A stretch of 56,567 nucleotides of DNA. It comes from a virus (lineage: Duplodnaviria; Caudoviricetes). The stretch lies in IMG/VR virus record IMGVR_UViG_3300030103_000728, positions 1-56,567 of that record; one strand, 5' to 3'. The notes beneath the pieces are model-generated. The model worked only from the letters and a program-made list of their open reading frames with translations. It was not told the DNA's origin and made no database searches. The position numbers and the translations under genes were made by a program. Position 1 is the first letter of the stretch. Every line of letters starts with the position of its first letter. This document shows, one piece after another, positions 1 to 10,413 of this stretch.

Positions 1-501
1 CAGACGGAGTGGAATGGTCTGAAGGTAGGACCAGATGAGTATGAGCCAAAGCACCCACAGCTTGAGCCACCACAGGTAGGGCCAGATCCGCAAGCATTGT
101 TTGATCCACGTCCAGATCAAAGAACCGAGGTGGCTGGGCAACGACTTTTGATTCTCAATCCGTTTGAGTCAGGCTCTTCTGGTTCTAACGTAATTACTGT
201 ATATGAACCTTCTCATGGTCGCAGTACATCTGACGCTGTTAGGTTCCGCAAGGTAGAGGCATTCGATGGTTTTTCGGAAAGTTCTTTGGAAAAAGCTACA
301 GGCTATACGATCACTGTTGTTGACAGTAATTCGTACACAATCTCAATCACCGGAGGAGACACAGCGACAGCCGGTAATACACGAGGTGGCGGTGAAAATG
401 CAACCGCTGGGCCGGGTACAGCAACACCAACAACGGCATCGACCTTTGATGAGACAGATGTTAGACTCGATTCGACCAACAAGACTTTTGACGAGGGTTA
501 A
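1..501 (+). CDS. Virion structural protein, 3' part (5' part at 56526-56567)
   Basis: Frame is open from nt 1 (QTEWNGLKVGPDEYEPKHPQLEP...DPQALFDPRPD) and in frame with ORF 97..501. The stop abuts the next ATG (TAAATG). Confidence 0.75.
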   Translation, partial: QTEWNGLKVGPDEYEPKHPQLEPPQVGPDPQALFDPRPDQRTEVAGQRLLILNPFESGSSGSNVITVYEPSHGRSTSDAVRFRKVEAFDGFSESSLEKATGYTITVVDSNSYTISITGGDTATAGNTRGGGENATAGPGTATPTTASTFDETDVRLDSTNKTFDEG

Positions 502-1155
502 ATGGCAAAGCAAACAGTAGGTATTGGCTCTGCCGCGAATGATGGCACTGGTGACACTCTTCGCGATGGTGCCGATAAGATAAACGACAACTTTAACGAA
601 ATCTACGCCGCACTAGGAAACAGTTCTAGCGTACTAACCGACATCATAGATGCAAACGGTCTGCTTGATGTGAGTTCAGGCGCTAACAAGATTGTGTTTT
701 ACTATGCCGCTTTGAGCGATCTGCCTAGTGCCTCTACCTACCACGGTGCGGTAGCTCATGTTCACGCCACAGGTGGCCTTTATTTCGCTCATGGTGGCGT
801 TTGGATAAGATTGAACGACGAGACCACTGGTCCTGTCACTAAGTACACCGCTGGCACTAACGGAAGTTCAGCATATACATTTACCGGGCCGGGTGCAACT
901 TCAGGAGATAACCCAAATTTTACGTTCTATAAGGGCCACACCTATTTGATAGACAACACGGCAAACGTAAGCAGCCATCCTTTGCAGATCAGAACGTCTA
1001 ATGGTGGCTCTGCCTTTACAACAGGGGTGACAGAGAACTACAACTCAACAACTGGACTGACCCAGTTTATTGTGCCACATGAGCCAAGTGATACTTCATT
1101 GGTGTATCAATGCACTGTTCACAGCAGCATGGTTGGAAACATAACAATAGTATAG
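502..1155 (+). CDS. Virion/tail-associated protein with T4 gp9/gp10-like N-terminal motif and C-terminal cupredoxin-like domain
   Basis: N-term IGSAANDGTGDTLRDGADKINDNFNEIY; C-term SHPLQI...YQCTVHSSMVGNITIV. Confidence 0.7.
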   Translation: MAKQTVGIGSAANDGTGDTLRDGADKINDNFNEIYAALGNSSSVLTDIIDANGLLDVSSGANKIVFYYAALSDLPSASTYHGAVAHVHATGGLYFAHGGVWIRLNDETTGPVTKYTAGTNGSSAYTFTGPGATSGDNPNFTFYKGHTYLIDNTANVSSHPLQIRTSNGGSAFTTGVTENYNSTTGLTQFIVPHEPSDTSLVYQCTVHSSMVGNITIV

Positions 1156-1165
1156 TGAGCAGGAC

Positions 1166-1813
1166 ATGTCATTTACATATGCAGAGCTAAAGACAGCGAT
1201 ACAGGATTACACGGAGAACACAGAGTCTACGTTTGTAACCAACTTGCCTACGTTCATTAAGAACACAGAGCAGCGCATATTCAAACTTGTTGACCTAGAG
1301 CTTTTCCGCAAAAATGCCACGTCAGCCTTGTCGCAGAATGACCCGTATCTTTCTGTGCCTAGCGACTACCTAGCGTCTTTTTCTATGTCGATCACCAACA
1401 GTAGCTCCAAAGAGTTTCTGTTGCAGAAGGATGTAAACTTTATCCAAGAGTATAACCCCAACGCATCCACAACAGGGGTTCCTAAGTATTACGCTTTCTT
1501 CGATATCGACAACTTCATTGTGTCGCCAACACCGAATGCAAACTTTGCTGTTGAGCTTCACTACTATTATAGGCCTACGTCATTAACAGCCGGGGCTGAT
1601 TCTGGTACAACATGGCTCAGTGAGAACGCTCCGAATGCCATGCTTTACGGTTCTTTGGTCGAAGCGTATACTTACATGAAAGGTGAGCAGGACATGCTTA
1701 CCATGTACGAGAAGCAGTTTACGGAAGCAATGACCAGGATTAAGGATCTGGCAGAGGCCAGAGAAAACAGCGATGCTTATCGCAGGGGTTTGCCGGAACG
1801 GCCCCGTACTTGA
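1166..1813 (+). CDS. Head-tail adaptor / tail tubular protein A-like
   Basis: MSFTYAELKTAIQDYTEN...GVPKYYA...TTWLSENAPNAMLYGSLVEA pattern; located in the morphogenesis arm. Confidence 0.65.
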   Translation: MSFTYAELKTAIQDYTENTESTFVTNLPTFIKNTEQRIFKLVDLELFRKNATSALSQNDPYLSVPSDYLASFSMSITNSSSKEFLLQKDVNFIQEYNPNASTTGVPKYYAFFDIDNFIVSPTPNANFAVELHYYYRPTSLTAGADSGTTWLSENAPNAMLYGSLVEAYTYMKGEQDMLTMYEKQFTEAMTRIKDLAEARENSDAYRRGLPERPRT

Positions 1814-1823
1814 GGAGTAAAAA

Positions 1824-2255
1824 ATGGCAACGTCGAATGCAGCAACCAACTATACAGAACATGCTATATTGCAGTTTCTGTTTAAAAACAACGCGGAGAG
1901 TTTTGCAACTCCCGGTAACAGTATCTATGTCGGTCTAGCTACCGCAGTTAGCAGTATCGAAACAGGCTCTGTCACTGAAGCGGACTTTACTAACTATGCG
2001 AGGCAACAGGTAGCGGCTTCTGGTTGGACGGTTCCTGCTGTTAGCACAGACGCACAGACAGCTACAAATGCAGCGAACATTGAGTTTCCAGCATCTGGTG
2101 GCGGCGGTGACGACACAATTACTCATGTGTTCATAGCTGACGCATCAAGTAGCGGAAATATCCTCTTTGTAGGAGCTTTGGACGCCAATAAAACAATTCA
2201 AAGTGGTGACATCTTCCGCCTTAATGCAGGCAATCTGACTGTTGAGCTGAAGTAA
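1824..2255 (+). CDS. Tail-associated structural protein
   Basis: SD GAGGAG; YVGLAT...NYARQ...NAANIEFP...ITHVFIADASSSGNILF pattern typical of small phage tail/fibre-attachment proteins. Confidence 0.6.
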   Translation: MATSNAATNYTEHAILQFLFKNNAESFATPGNSIYVGLATAVSSIETGSVTEADFTNYARQQVAASGWTVPAVSTDAQTATNAANIEFPASGGGGDDTITHVFIADASSSGNILFVGALDANKTIQSGDIFRLNAGNLTVELK

Positions 2256-2638
2256 TGACCCTTGTTATTGGCGATAGAATAAAAGAAACCACGGCTACAA
2301 CCGGCACTGGCACTTATACGCTGGCTGGTGCGGTCACTGGTTTTGAGTCTTTCGCCACTGTAGGCAACGGAAATACAACTTACTACGCTTGCACAGACGG
2401 CACTGATTTTGAGGTTGGGGTTGGAACGTACACGTCATCCGGCACGACTTTGGCGCGTACAACTATTTTACAATCTAGTAACTCAGACAATGCGGTTAGT
2501 TGGTCTTCTGGTTCCAAGACTATATTTGTTACACTGCCCGCAGAAAAAACTATACGCACAGATAATCTTGCCTCTGTCGGCGGGAGTACATTTGATCTTG
2601 CAGGGACTGCTGTAGCTATGGCAATCGCGCTTGGGTAA
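2255..2638 (+). CDS. Tail-associated structural protein
   Basis: TAATG coupling; DRIKETTATTGTGT...FEVGVGTY...LARTTILQSSNS; ends AVAMAIALG. Confidence 0.6.
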   Translation: MTLVIGDRIKETTATTGTGTYTLAGAVTGFESFATVGNGNTTYYACTDGTDFEVGVGTYTSSGTTLARTTILQSSNSDNAVSWSSGSKTIFVTLPAEKTIRTDNLASVGGSTFDLAGTAVAMAIALG

Positions 2639-2647
2639 GAGGTAGAT

Positions 2648-2986
2648 ATGGCTAACAATTTTAAGGTGGTTACAAAAGATGGATCTAGTGTTAATGCTGA
2701 CACTGATATGACAATTCATACAGGGGCTTCTAGCACAGAAACTACAATTATTGGGATGACCGTTGCCAATATAGTAAACAGCCAAATAACCGTCGATGTA
2801 AAATTAGAGAATGCAAATGGCGACAATGTTTTTATGGTGAAAAACGCCCCTATCCCGGCGGGTTCTAGTCTTGTTGTTGTTGGTGGGGATCAAAAGGTTG
2901 TCCTAGAAGCATCTGATGTTATTAAAGTTCAGTCTGATACAGCAAATAGTGCGGATACAATTTTAAGTATACTAGAGATTACATAA
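2648..2986 (+). CDS. Small structural protein
   Basis: SD GAGG; ETTIIGMTVANI...KNAPIPAGSSLVVVGGDQKVVLEASD...LSILEIT. Confidence 0.6.
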   Translation: MANNFKVVTKDGSSVNADTDMTIHTGASSTETTIIGMTVANIVNSQITVDVKLENANGDNVFMVKNAPIPAGSSLVVVGGDQKVVLEASDVIKVQSDTANSADTILSILEIT

Positions 2987-2999
2987 TCGTAGGTGACGC

Positions 3000-4382
3000 A
3001 TGGCATATTTAGGAAAAGCCCCTAACGGCGCTGCTATACGAGACAGATATATGTTCACTGCTAGTGGCGGTGAAACAAGCATAAGTAGCAGTCAAATAAC
3101 TGGGTTTTCATTTTCTGACGGGAACTTTGTTGATGTGTATATCAACGGGATTTTGTTAGACCCGCGATCTGATTACAACACCAGCACAGCAAACACCATT
3201 GCTGGTCTCTCTGCGTTGTCTGCAAGTGATATTGTAGAAATCATAGTATACGACACGTTTAGTTTGTTTAGCGGCAATGTCACGGGAAACCTTACCGTCA
3301 CAGGGGAGGTCGATGCTGCAACATTAGATATATCAGGTAACGCTGATATTGACGGCGTTTTGGAAACAGACGGTCTTTCAATTAACGGTACTACCGTTAC
3401 ATCAACTGCGGCAGAGCTAAATAACCTTGACGGTGCTACTGCTGGAACTGTTGTAGCATCAAAAGCCGTAGTTGTTGATTCTAACAAAGACGTAAGTTCT
3501 TTTCGTAATATAGGAGTTTCAGGCACCGTTGATGGTCGTGATATATCCACTGACGGAACTAAGTTAGATGGCATTGAAGCAAGCGCAGATGTTACTGACA
3601 GCACAAACGTAGGGGCCGCTCTAACTGGCTTTTCTACAGGCACAGACGCTGTATCGTCTGATTTAATACCTGTTTATGACGTGTCAGCAAGTGCGTGGGA
3701 AAAACAAACCATAGCTAACGCGGCCTTACAGGGGCCAACCGGACCGACTGGTCCAACAGGGCCAACAGGTAGTAATGGTTCTAACGGGTCTCCAGGACCA
3801 ACGGGTCCAACAGGGCCAACCGGCCCGGATGGATCGACTGGACCAACAGGGCCAACCGGCCCAACAGGTAGCAATGGTTCTAACGGGTCTCCGGGGCCAA
3901 CGGGTCCAACCGGACCGACTGGACCGCAGGGTCCAGATTTTGCTTCAGGCACTAGGATGCTGTTCCAGCAATCATCAGCCCCTACAGGTTGGACCAAGGA
4001 TACGAGCCATAACAACAAAGCATTGCGCTTGGTCTCTGGCAACGTCAGTTCGGGAGGTTCCAACAATTTTACAACTGCGTTTGGCACACCATCATTATCT
4101 GGCTCAACTGGCAGCACATCACTGTCTCTTGCACAACTGCCAAGTCACCGTCACGGCGTATCTATAACCGACACTGTTGCTAATACAGGAACAGGAACTT
4201 CTTATGGAAATTCAGTAGCGTCATACACGGGTGCTGGAAACAATATGGGTCACACATCTTCCAGTTTCAGCGCGAAATTTTCGCAAAACCAAGGCTCTGG
4301 CAGTTCACACAATCACTCGATGTCAGGCACAGCAACAATCAATGTTCAATATGTCGATTTCATTATCGCTCAGAGAAACTAA
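3000..4382 (+). CDS. Collagen-like tail fibre protein 1
   Basis: About 23 Gly-X-Y triplets (mostly GPT); C-terminal [17 protein letters not shown]...QLPSHRH...SHNHS...VQYVDFIIA fibre-tip module. Confidence 0.8.
   Translation: MAYLGKAPNGAAIRDRYMFTASGGETSISSSQITGFSFSDGNFVDVYINGILLDPRSDYNTSTANTIAGLSALSASDIVEIIVYDTFSLFSGNVTGNLTVTGEVDAATLDISGNADIDGVLETDGLSINGTTVTSTAAELNNLDGATAGTVVASKAVVVDSNKDVSSFRNIGVSGTVDGRDISTDGTKLDGIEASADVTDSTNVGAALTGFSTGTDAVSSDLIPVYDVSASAWEKQTIANAALQGPTGPTGPTGPTGSNGSNGSPGPTGPTGPTGPDGSTGPTGPTGPTGSNGSNGSPGPTGPTGPTGPQGPDFASGTRMLFQQSSAPTGWTKDTSHNNKALRLVSGNVSSGGSNNFTTAFGTPSLSGSTGSTSLSLAQLPSHRHGVSITDTVANTGTGTSYGNSVASYTGAGNNMGHTSSSFSAKFSQNQGSGSSHNHSMSGTATINVQYVDFIIAQRN
3761..3910 (+). 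repeat. Internal 99-bp-period duplication in the collagen segment
   Basis: ccaacaggtag(t/c)aatggttctaacgggtctcc occurs at ~3762 and ~3861 ([18 protein letters not shown] twice). Confidence 0.8.
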
Positions 4383-4391
4383 GGACAGAGA

Positions 4392-4691
4392 ATGAAACTA
4401 GAAGTTAAAGACAACTGCCCTTTGAACGGCTTTGAGCCATGCAAGAAATTTGATTGTGCTTGGTTTATACAGATACGCGGCACTAATCCAAACACGGGTG
4501 AGGAAGTTGATGACTGGGGCTGTGCAATGGCTTGGATGCCAATGCTTCTTATTGAGAACGCGCAGCAGTCACGTCAGACAGGCGCAGCCGTAGAAAGTTT
4601 TAGAAACGAGATGGTCAAATCCAATGACCTCAATAGAGACATTTTGATTGCTCAATCCAAACACGATAAAGATATCGTGCTTATCAGTTAA
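4392..4691 (+). CDS. Cys-rich fibre-associated hypothetical protein
   Basis: CPLNGFEPCKKFDCAWF...WGCAMAW...QTGAAVESFRNEMV; directly follows the fibre gene. Confidence 0.65.
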   Translation: MKLEVKDNCPLNGFEPCKKFDCAWFIQIRGTNPNTGEEVDDWGCAMAWMPMLLIENAQQSRQTGAAVESFRNEMVKSNDLNRDILIAQSKHDKDIVLIS

Positions 4692-4716
4692 GTATTTCGA
4701 CACGAGGAATTAAAAA

Positions 4717-5031
4717 ATGGCAAAATACACAATTATTCACGCTGACGGATTCATCAGTAAAGATGGAGCAGGATACAGCGACCTGTCACTAAGCTGGCTA
4801 CCAGACGACATTCTTGCAGTCCAAGCAGCAGCAGATGGATCAGCCGACCTTGAGAAAGGCGTCAGGTCCACACTGACAATCACAGCTAATGAAGATGTTT
4901 CTGATGTAACGTCATTAAGCTGGTGGTCAAATGTAGATACGACATGGCAAGCAGCGTATGACGCTGAACAAGCAGCAATCGCGGCAGCAGCAGCGGCAGC
5001 AGCAGCGGCAGAGGAGGAGGGCGGTGAGTAG
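4717..5031 (+). CDS. Hypothetical protein (possible fibre assembly chaperone)
   Basis: SD GAGG, ATG; acidic with a poly-Ala C-terminus. Confidence 0.6.
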   Translation: MAKYTIIHADGFISKDGAGYSDLSLSWLPDDILAVQAAADGSADLEKGVRSTLTITANEDVSDVTSLSWWSNVDTTWQAAYDAEQAAIAAAAAAAAAAEEEGGE

Positions 5032-6484
5032 CTACATTGGGCCACAGTTCGACATTGTTGGACCAACTGGAGACACCGGACCAACTGGTCCTACGGGTCC
5101 AAATGGGCCTACGGGACCCACGGGTCCAACTGGCCCACAAGGTCCAGCCGGTAATAATGGATCGACTGGACCCACTGGACCCACAGGATCGACTGGACCC
5201 ACGGGTCCGACCGGCCCAACAGGCAATCCATTCGGCGGTGGCACTTTTACTGGTGATGTAACCTTTAATGGCGATGTCGGCATCGGCACTACCAGCGGCA
5301 ACGAAAAATTAAATGTTCAAGGAGCAATAGGCGTATCTGCTGCATCGGCGGCATTTGGAGGCGGATTAGAACGCGCTCTGATGGACTACACTGGCGCTGT
5401 GGTTCGTTTTGGGCATGTAAATGGAGCTTCTGGGAGCGCAAAGCCTGTAACATTTTTAGTCGCCGGAGGAGAGAAGGCCAGATTGGACGCATCGGGTAAT
5501 CTGTTAGTTGGCAAGACTTCATCTGGAATTGGAACAGAAGGCATCGAACTTCGTGCTAACGACGATGTTATGATTACACAGAGTGGTGACACTTGTTTGT
5601 ATCTGAATAGACTGAGCAGCGATGGTGACATAATCGACTTACGCAAAGACGGCACAACGGTTGGTTCAATCGGCGTTGTAAACAATAATAATCCTTTCAT
5701 TGCCAACGATGCCGATAACTCAGGCTTACAATTTGCATCAACCAGTATCTTGCCACATTACGACAGCCTACAGCGTGATAATGCTGTTGACTTAGGTTCA
5801 TCATCGGTGCGTTTCAAAGACGGTTATTTCAACGGAACTTTGAACGCTGGCAGGTTCGCTGGAAAGAGTGACTCAGACACATTCATCGACTTCCAAGGTT
5901 CTGATGTCATGCAGTTTTTCACTGGCAACAGTGAGCGGGCTAGGTTTGACTCTAGTGGCTCACTCAGAATCGGACAATCGTCAACAAATATACCGGGCGT
6001 TGGCAACACGACTTCTGGTATTAGTTTGCGTGGCCATATCGGTGATGCGTTTTTCTCTCGTTCTGGCGGCGATGCTGCTTACTTCAACACAAATTCTGCT
6101 GGGTCTAGCGTTGTAACATTTAGTCTAAGCGGCACGGGTAAGGGCAATGTGGCCGTGAGTTCTGCTGGTGCTACATTTAACACCACCTCAGACATCAGGC
6201 TCAAACAAGACATCGAACCGTTAGTCGCAACAGATAAGCTGATGCAGATGAACCCTGTGTCATACGCTTGGAAGGCTGACCCAGACGGCCCACGTTCTAT
6301 GGGCTTTATCGCCCAAGAGATGGAAGAGGTGATGCCAGAGGCCGTGTCTACTGGCACTGATGATAAGGCGATGATGTCGATGGATTACGGACGCATCACG
6401 CCAATCTTGGTCAGCGCACTCCAAGATGCTCACAGAAAAATTGAAGAATTGGAAAGTCGTATTGCGGCGATGGAGAGTAAGTAA
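5024..6484 (+). CDS. Tail fibre/spike with N-terminal collagen repeat and C-terminal Peptidase_S74 intramolecular chaperone
   Basis: Probable GTG start at 5024 after GAGGAGG (in frame with ORF 4958); GPT repeats; C-term [13 protein letters not shown]...[16 protein letters not shown]...[14 protein letters not shown] coiled coil. Confidence 0.85.
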   Translation: MSSYIGPQFDIVGPTGDTGPTGPTGPNGPTGPTGPTGPQGPAGNNGSTGPTGPTGSTGPTGPTGPTGNPFGGGTFTGDVTFNGDVGIGTTSGNEKLNVQGAIGVSAASAAFGGGLERALMDYTGAVVRFGHVNGASGSAKPVTFLVAGGEKARLDASGNLLVGKTSSGIGTEGIELRANDDVMITQSGDTCLYLNRLSSDGDIIDLRKDGTTVGSIGVVNNNNPFIANDADNSGLQFASTSILPHYDSLQRDNAVDLGSSSVRFKDGYFNGTLNAGRFAGKSDSDTFIDFQGSDVMQFFTGNSERARFDSSGSLRIGQSSTNIPGVGNTTSGISLRGHIGDAFFSRSGGDAAYFNTNSAGSSVVTFSLSGTGKGNVAVSSAGATFNTTSDIRLKQDIEPLVATDKLMQMNPVSYAWKADPDGPRSMGFIAQEMEEVMPEAVSTGTDDKAMMSMDYGRITPILVSALQDAHRKIEELESRIAAMESK

Positions 6485-6831
6485 TGAGTAGTTTCTCACC
6501 AGACCACGAAGGAATAACGTGTCGAATAAATTTAAATGGAACAGGAACTATAAGCGTAAGAAGCAGTTTTAATGTGTCGAGTGTAACGGACAATGGTGCG
6601 GGAGATTACAGCACTAACTTTAGCTCTTCACATAGCGATGCAAACTATACAATGGGTGGATGGTGCGGATATCCGACTTCCAGAGCGATGGTTTTTGGTG
6701 ATGACAGTTCTGGAGTTAGTTATGGAACCGGAGGCTTGAGGATGGAATCGTCTTATATTTCTGGAACGAATGGTGAAGCAACTCCTGACAACGTAACTTA
6801 TTTCAACATGATTATAGCTGGAAACACCTGA
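6484..6831 (+). CDS. Fibre-tip-like small protein
   Basis: INLNGTGTISVRSSFNVSSVTDNGAGDYSTNFS motif common in fibre C-termini; TAATG coupling. Confidence 0.6.
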   Translation: MSSFSPDHEGITCRINLNGTGTISVRSSFNVSSVTDNGAGDYSTNFSSSHSDANYTMGGWCGYPTSRAMVFGDDSSGVSYGTGGLRMESSYISGTNGEATPDNVTYFNMIIAGNT

Positions 6832-7250
6832 TGAAAATGCTTTCTAGGTTGTCAAAGTCTTTAAAAGAATTAGAGCCATTTCAGACACAATTCGCTGTTG
6901 TTTATGAAGATATGGATATGGGCCGCTGTGCTGTTATGCACCCAGACCCAAATGCGATGGCTGCATTGATGGCTGGCGGTGTGTTCCCGCCTGTTTGGGT
7001 CTATTGGAAACTGGCAAAAGACGAGGCACAGCCTGATTTCAAACGGCATCACCGTATGCACCTTCTGAGCGACACACCAAGAGAAGGTCCGAAAACAGAA
7101 GAAGAAGCCTTGTTGTATCTCATTATGAAAGATGTGCCACAGCACATCTGGCGCAACTACGAAACCAGCAACAGTGTTCATCTTAAAATCATTAGGCGTG
7201 AACAGCAGCCAGACAGAGAATTTCGCAACGCTTGGAGGGTCGCAGCATGA
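6831..7250 (+). CDS. Hypothetical tail-region protein
   Basis: TGATG coupling; ends PDREFRNAWRVAA. Confidence 0.6.
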   Translation: MKMLSRLSKSLKELEPFQTQFAVVYEDMDMGRCAVMHPDPNAMAALMAGGVFPPVWVYWKLAKDEAQPDFKRHHRMHLLSDTPREGPKTEEEALLYLIMKDVPQHIWRNYETSNSVHLKIIRREQQPDREFRNAWRVAA

Positions 7251-7603
7251 CCACAATTATTGCAGATAAAGACGGCAATGAGATTGATGCCACATCAGCC
7301 ACAGTTCCAAGCGACAGACATTTCCGTAACGCTTGGGCTTTGGACGGCACGGTCATCACAGAGGACTTGGCAGCAGCTAAGACAATCTTTGCCGACAAGA
7401 TACGCGAAGCCAGAAAGCCGCTGCTAGAGGCGCTAGACGCTGACTACATGAAAGCCCTTGAAGCAAGCGCAGACACAGCCTCAATCGTGGCTGACAAACA
7501 GGCGTTGCGGGATGCCCCGACTGCTGGCAACAGCGCAACAACAATTAGTGAACTTAAAGCAGCTTGGCCTTCCTGCTGCGGCGATAGCCCATACGAGGAG
7601 TAG
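7247..7603 (+). CDS. Putative tail fibre assembly chaperone
   Basis: ATGA overlap start at 7247; PSDRHFRNAW...IREARKPLLEALDADYMKALE...KQALRDAP...ELKAAWP (Tfa-like pattern). Confidence 0.6.
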   Translation: MTTIIADKDGNEIDATSATVPSDRHFRNAWALDGTVITEDLAAAKTIFADKIREARKPLLEALDADYMKALEASADTASIVADKQALRDAPTAGNSATTISELKAAWPSCCGDSPYEE

Positions 7604-7606
7604 ACA

Positions 7607-7954
7607 ATGGCAAATTCATACGAGTGGACATATCCACAACTTGACCGTGTGGCAACTGAAGGCGACAAATCTGACGTTGTAAAAACAATTCACTGGCGCG
7701 TTACTGCGACTAGCGACAGTGACAAAGATGCTGACGACAACTTCCTGACAGCCACAATGTACGGCACAACTGGTGTAGAGATGGAAGACGGCGCAGAGTT
7801 TGTGGCATATAATGATCTAACCAAGGACTGGTGCAAAGCCAAAGTTTTGGCTGACATGGGCCAGACTGAAGATGAAGTCAAGTCAGCATTAGATGCCGAC
7901 ATTGCAGAAAAAGCCAGTCCCTCCATTTTAACAGGAACCCCATCAGGGTGGTAA
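7607..7954 (+). CDS. Conserved hypothetical phage protein
   Basis: SD GAGGAG; DVVKTIHWRVTA...FVAYNDLTKD...GTPSGW. Confidence 0.6.
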   Translation: MANSYEWTYPQLDRVATEGDKSDVVKTIHWRVTATSDSDKDADDNFLTATMYGTTGVEMEDGAEFVAYNDLTKDWCKAKVLADMGQTEDEVKSALDADIAEKASPSILTGTPSGW

Positions 7955-7961
7955 TTGCTTA

Positions 7962-8510
7962 ATGAGAAATACATGGCAAATGTGGACCGGTGGAGTCTCT
8001 GAAGACCTTATTGAGGCTATAGAAAAAGAGGCTGCTTTAGTTTCAGGGCAAGAAGCTGGTATTTTTGCTAGTTCTGAGAGCGCCCCTGATATCCGCAGAT
8101 CTAATATTAAATGGTTGACGCACAATAATTTTGTGTCAGATCTATTATGGGGTTATGTACAAGAGGCAAATAGAAATGCTTTTGGAGTTGATGTTACGCA
8201 AGTGGCTGATATTCAGTACACAGAATATCACGCATCGGAGCAAGGTCATTACGGACTTCACCACGATATACACTGGCAATCGGATAAGGCTTTCGACAGA
8301 AAGTTATCAGTTACTGTTCAGTTATCATCTCCTGAAGATTATGAAGGCGGAGATTTTTCATTTTCAGAGGTAGAGACTCCCCCGAAAGAATCTAAAGTTA
8401 AAGGGACGATATTAGTGTTTCCAAGTTATTTGCAACATTCAGTAATGCCTGTAACTAAAGGTGTTAGAAAATCTTTGGTTGCATGGTTTGAAGGACCAAG
8501 GTGGAGGTAA
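7962..8510 (+). CDS. 2OG-Fe(II) oxygenase (prolyl-4-hydroxylase/PKHD-type)
   Basis: HxD (YGLHHD), [17 protein letters not shown], distal His ([12 protein letters not shown]), Arg ([11 protein letters not shown]). Confidence 0.9.
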   Translation: MRNTWQMWTGGVSEDLIEAIEKEAALVSGQEAGIFASSESAPDIRRSNIKWLTHNNFVSDLLWGYVQEANRNAFGVDVTQVADIQYTEYHASEQGHYGLHHDIHWQSDKAFDRKLSVTVQLSSPEDYEGGDFSFSEVETPPKESKVKGTILVFPSYLQHSVMPVTKGVRKSLVAWFEGPRWR

Positions 8511-8512
8511 AA

Positions 8513-9640
8513 ATGACTAGGGCGCGTGATCTATCTAAACTATTAAATGGCGGGGTAGCTGATCTTTCTGTTACAGGTGAGATAGATGCGGCTACTCTTG
8601 ATCTCTCTGGTAACGCAGATGTAGATGGAACTCTAGAAACTGATGGTCTTTCTATTAACGGTACAACAGTAACCGCTACAGCCGCTGAATTAAATTACAG
8701 TGATACTGGTGCTGCTGTAGGTACTGTAGTTGCGAGTAAAGTTGTAACGACAGATGCAAATAAAGACGTAGATGGGTTTAGGAATGTTTCTTTAACAGGA
8801 ACTGTAGATGGGCGCGATGTATCTACTGACGGTACAAAACTAGATGGGATTGAAGCCTCTGCTGATGTTACTGATGCGGCTAATGTAGGGTCTGCGCTTA
8901 CATCCTTTTCAACAGGCACTGACGCAACTTCGTCTGATCTTATTCCAGTTTATGATGTTTCTGCTAGTGCTTGGGAAAAGCAGACTATAGCTAATGCCGC
9001 TTTGCAAGGCCCAACAGGATCGACTGGCCCTACGGGTCCAGATGGTCCTACGGGTCCACAAGGACCAGCAGGCAACGATGGCTCTACCGGCCCAACAGGA
9101 CCGACTGGCCCAACAGGACCAACAGGACCCACTGGATCAGCCGGGGGCACAGGACCAACGGGTCCAACAGGACCGACTGGCCCACAAGGACCGGACTTTG
9201 CGTCTGGAACGAAGATGGTATTTCGTCAGTCATCAGCCCCGACAGGCTGGACAAAGGACACAACACAGAACGATGCTGCTCTTCGTGTTGTCTCTGGAAA
9301 TATTGGAACCGGCGGCTCAGTAGGACTGTCTTCAGCTTTAGCAACGCCTTCACTGTCTGGCTCGACTGGCAGCACATCAATTTCAACAGCACAAATGCCT
9401 AGTCACAACCATGTCCTCTACGTCCAGAATCAGTCTGGAAATCAAGGCTTGCAGGGCGCAGGAAGATTTGCTTCTTACGCACCGGGCGCAATGGGGCACA
9501 ATGGATCGGGCGGTAGTACAACGAACAATACGTCATTGATGGGCAACAGTGGTTCAGGAAGTTCTCACAATCACTCCATGAGCGGCACAGCCACAATAAA
9601 CTGTAAGTATTGCGATATCATCATCGCCGCGAGGAATTAA
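8513..9640 (+). CDS. Collagen-like tail fibre protein 2 (paralog of 3000..4382)
   Basis: SD GGAGG, start MTRARDL; GPT repeats; shares long blocks with fibre 1. Confidence 0.8.
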   Translation: MTRARDLSKLLNGGVADLSVTGEIDAATLDLSGNADVDGTLETDGLSINGTTVTATAAELNYSDTGAAVGTVVASKVVTTDANKDVDGFRNVSLTGTVDGRDVSTDGTKLDGIEASADVTDAANVGSALTSFSTGTDATSSDLIPVYDVSASAWEKQTIANAALQGPTGSTGPTGPDGPTGPQGPAGNDGSTGPTGPTGPTGPTGPTGSAGGTGPTGPTGPTGPQGPDFASGTKMVFRQSSAPTGWTKDTTQNDAALRVVSGNIGTGGSVGLSSALATPSLSGSTGSTSISTAQMPSHNHVLYVQNQSGNQGLQGAGRFASYAPGAMGHNGSGGSTTNNTSLMGNSGSGSSHNHSMSGTATINCKYCDIIIAARN

Positions 9641-10413
9641 TGCTTGGAGTATCTGCATTATCTGAGTTTGCTTTTTCGGAGCAGGGTATAATTAAATTTG
9701 GTGTTCAAACAATGGACGCTAATTTTACTGTAGATATAGCTCCAGATAATGTTCTGTCTGGCACTAGTCACATGATAGGGACATATTCTAAAATCTCTGT
9801 CGCTTCTGGTATTATGGTTGGTGTATCAACTATAATTTCTCAGTTTGATCAAACAAGCACAGGTGCCGTTACACTGTCTGCAAACGCAGATATTATATCT
9901 TCGTTTATTCAAACTACTGATGACACAAGAGTAAGAACAGACTCTGCCAGCATTGTATCGTCGTTTACGCAATCTAGCGCAGCAAATAGGGTGAAAGAAG
10001 CTGTAGCGTCTGCGACAACACTCTTTATTCAATCAACAGATGGAACTTTGATCTCTGTTGGTTCAGCAGATATTATCTCTAGCTTTACCCAAACAGCCAC
10101 TGGTCTAAGACTAAGACTAGGCTCAAGTGATCTGTCGTTTAATTTTACTCAATCGGCGAGCGGCTCATTAGTATTTAGTGGCGCATCGGATCTTGTGGCT
10201 TCGTTTGAGGTTGATGCTCAAGCTGCGCTTATCGCTTCAGGTGTTTCAAGTATGGAGTTCTTGTTTGTAGTGTCTGCTGCGGGCGATTTGCTTTGGGTGC
10301 CGATTGATCCTGGTGGGACACCTAACTGGTCTGCTATAACTCACACGGGCGATTCATGGACAGAAATCAATGCTGGTGGTACAATCAACCAGTGGACGGA
10401 AGAGGTGGTCTAA
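9640..10413 (+). CDS. Structural protein with ~20-aa S/T-rich repeats
   Basis: TAATG start [14 protein letters not shown]; repeats of type ADIISSF(T/I)QT. Confidence 0.6.
   Translation: MLGVSALSEFAFSEQGIIKFGVQTMDANFTVDIAPDNVLSGTSHMIGTYSKISVASGIMVGVSTIISQFDQTSTGAVTLSANADIISSFIQTTDDTRVRTDSASIVSSFTQSSAANRVKEAVASATTLFIQSTDGTLISVGSADIISSFTQTATGLRLRLGSSDLSFNFTQSASGSLVFSGASDLVASFEVDAQAALIASGVSSMEFLFVVSAAGDLLWVPIDPGGTPNWSAITHTGDSWTEINAGGTINQWTEEVV

Noticed and set aside
3674-4117. Antisense GPV-repeat ORFs (also 5032-5301 and 8950-9150)
   Set aside because: These are shadows of collagen GGN-CCN-ACN codons on the opposite strand.
4958-5023. Q/R-rich N-terminal extension of the S74 fibre
   Set aside because: It is the alternative frame of the upstream poly-Ala GCA/GCG run; GTG at 5024 with GAGGAGG is the better start.
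3000-9640. Fibre paralogs as a DGR template/variable repeat pair
   Set aside because: No reverse transcriptase was recognised, the differences are not adenine-specific, and both copies are intact coding genes.
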